Assembly: GCF_009914755.1 (NCBI RefSeq)
Contig: NC_060947.1
Strand: one strand, 5' to 3'
DNA from: the human T2T-CHM13v2.0 reference genome, Homo sapiens
DNA: 64,000 nt
The translations under genes and the position numbers were made by a program. Below the pieces are notes generated by a model that worked only from the letters and a program-made list of their open reading frames with translations, ran no database searches and was not told the origin of the DNA. Below are positions 62,953 to 64,000 of the stretch, in pieces. Positions within the stretch are counted from its first letter, which is position 1, and every line of letters starts with the position of its first letter.

Positions 62953-64000
62953 TGAAACTGGAGAATTCCCTGAACTCCTTGCAGGTCTTGTGACAGGGGT
63001 GTGACTCGTTTGTTAGTTTGCGCAATTGCTGCTGCACAAACCCCTTACGGGATGGGGAGCACACAGATGGGCAGGTGCAGGAGCCGGGGCAAGCACTTTT
63101 GGGCTCCTGCCCCACAGTGGCGTCTAGGGTTGTGTTACAATTAATGCTCTTTTAGCAGTTGCCATCTGCACATGGCTAAGTGTTGAGGACTAAGCTCTGA
63201 TTTTTTATCTTGCCCAAATTCCTACCTAAGGGGCCTAGGGAGTCATGCCCTACAAACCATGAATTCTCATCAGATGGGTTTTATTTGACCCTATATATTG
63301 TGACTTACTTTTCTATCTGACTCTGGCATAACATTATAAGACAAGGAAAAAATATTTAACCCCAAAATATATTTCCTTGCCATACCTTGAAATTGCCCTG
63401 CAAAGTCTCTTGTGGGAAAAATCCACATTCTATAGAGAATCCCTTTCCCCCTTTGTTTTCCTTCCTTTCCTTCCTGATCCAGGAGATAATCAACTAAGAG
63501 CCAGGTACCCTTTTAGGTCCAATAAGAAACATTTTACAACCTGCTCTCTCCCTCTGAAGTCTTCTGTCTGAGAGCTTCCTCTGCACAGTAAAACTTGGTT
63601 TCCACAGTCTTATACTAACCTGAACATTCCTTTCCATTAATCCCAGGTCTTAGGTAAACTCAACCAATTGTCATTTAAACATTTAAACCAGAAAATGTTT
63701 AAATTTACCTGTAGCCTGGAAGCCCCTGCTTTGAGTTGTGCCACCTTTCTGTACCAAACCAATGTATTTCTTAAATATATTTGATTGATGTCTCATGCCT
63801 TCCTAAAATATATAAAGCCAAGCTGTACCCTGACCACCTTGGGCACATGTTCTCAGGACTTCCTGAGGGCTGTGTCATGCGCCATGGTCACTCTTATTTG
63901 GCTCAGAATAAATCTCTAAAAATATTTTAGAGTTTTACTCTTTTCTCAACAGTGTTAAACTGGCTCAGTGGAGAGTCATAGTGACAGCCTTTTGCACCCT
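62953..64000 (-). mobile_element. MER50-like ERV1 LTR, interrupted by the MER4 LTR and running off the window
   Basis: tgaaactggagaattccctgaactccttgc...gggcaggtgcaggagccgggg, resuming after 63951. Confidence 0.65.
63184..63951 (+). mobile_element. MER4E-like ERV1 solo LTR
   Basis: TG...CA termini (tgaggactaagctctgattt...ctcaaca), TATA and AATAAA signals, 4-bp TSD GTGT at 63180-63183 and 63952-63955. Confidence 0.85.

Overview
AT-rich, repeat-dense primate genomic DNA, most likely human, since it carries a young L1 with the ACG diagnostic. It looks intergenic or deep intronic. I find no supportable protein-coding gene, RNA gene or CRISPR array, and the ORF track is explained by Alu, L1 and LTR sequence or by chance. 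Much of the window is recognisable Alu, L1, MaLR/ERVL/ERV1 LTR, DNA transposon, MIR and L2 sequence. Family names are from recalled consensus sequences, not a database search. The most unusual items are: (1) a single provirus-like unit at 26302-28032 with two different LTRs (MSTA and HERV-L MLT2A) inside one 5-bp target-site duplication (TSD); (2) a perfect 32-bp palindromic-unit tandem array at 20396-20648; (3) three further local template-copy events, namely a 33-bp hairpin, a ~104-bp inverted insertion and a 39-bp direct copy; and (4) a young 5'-inverted (twin-primed) L1 with a ~0.7-kb internal gap.
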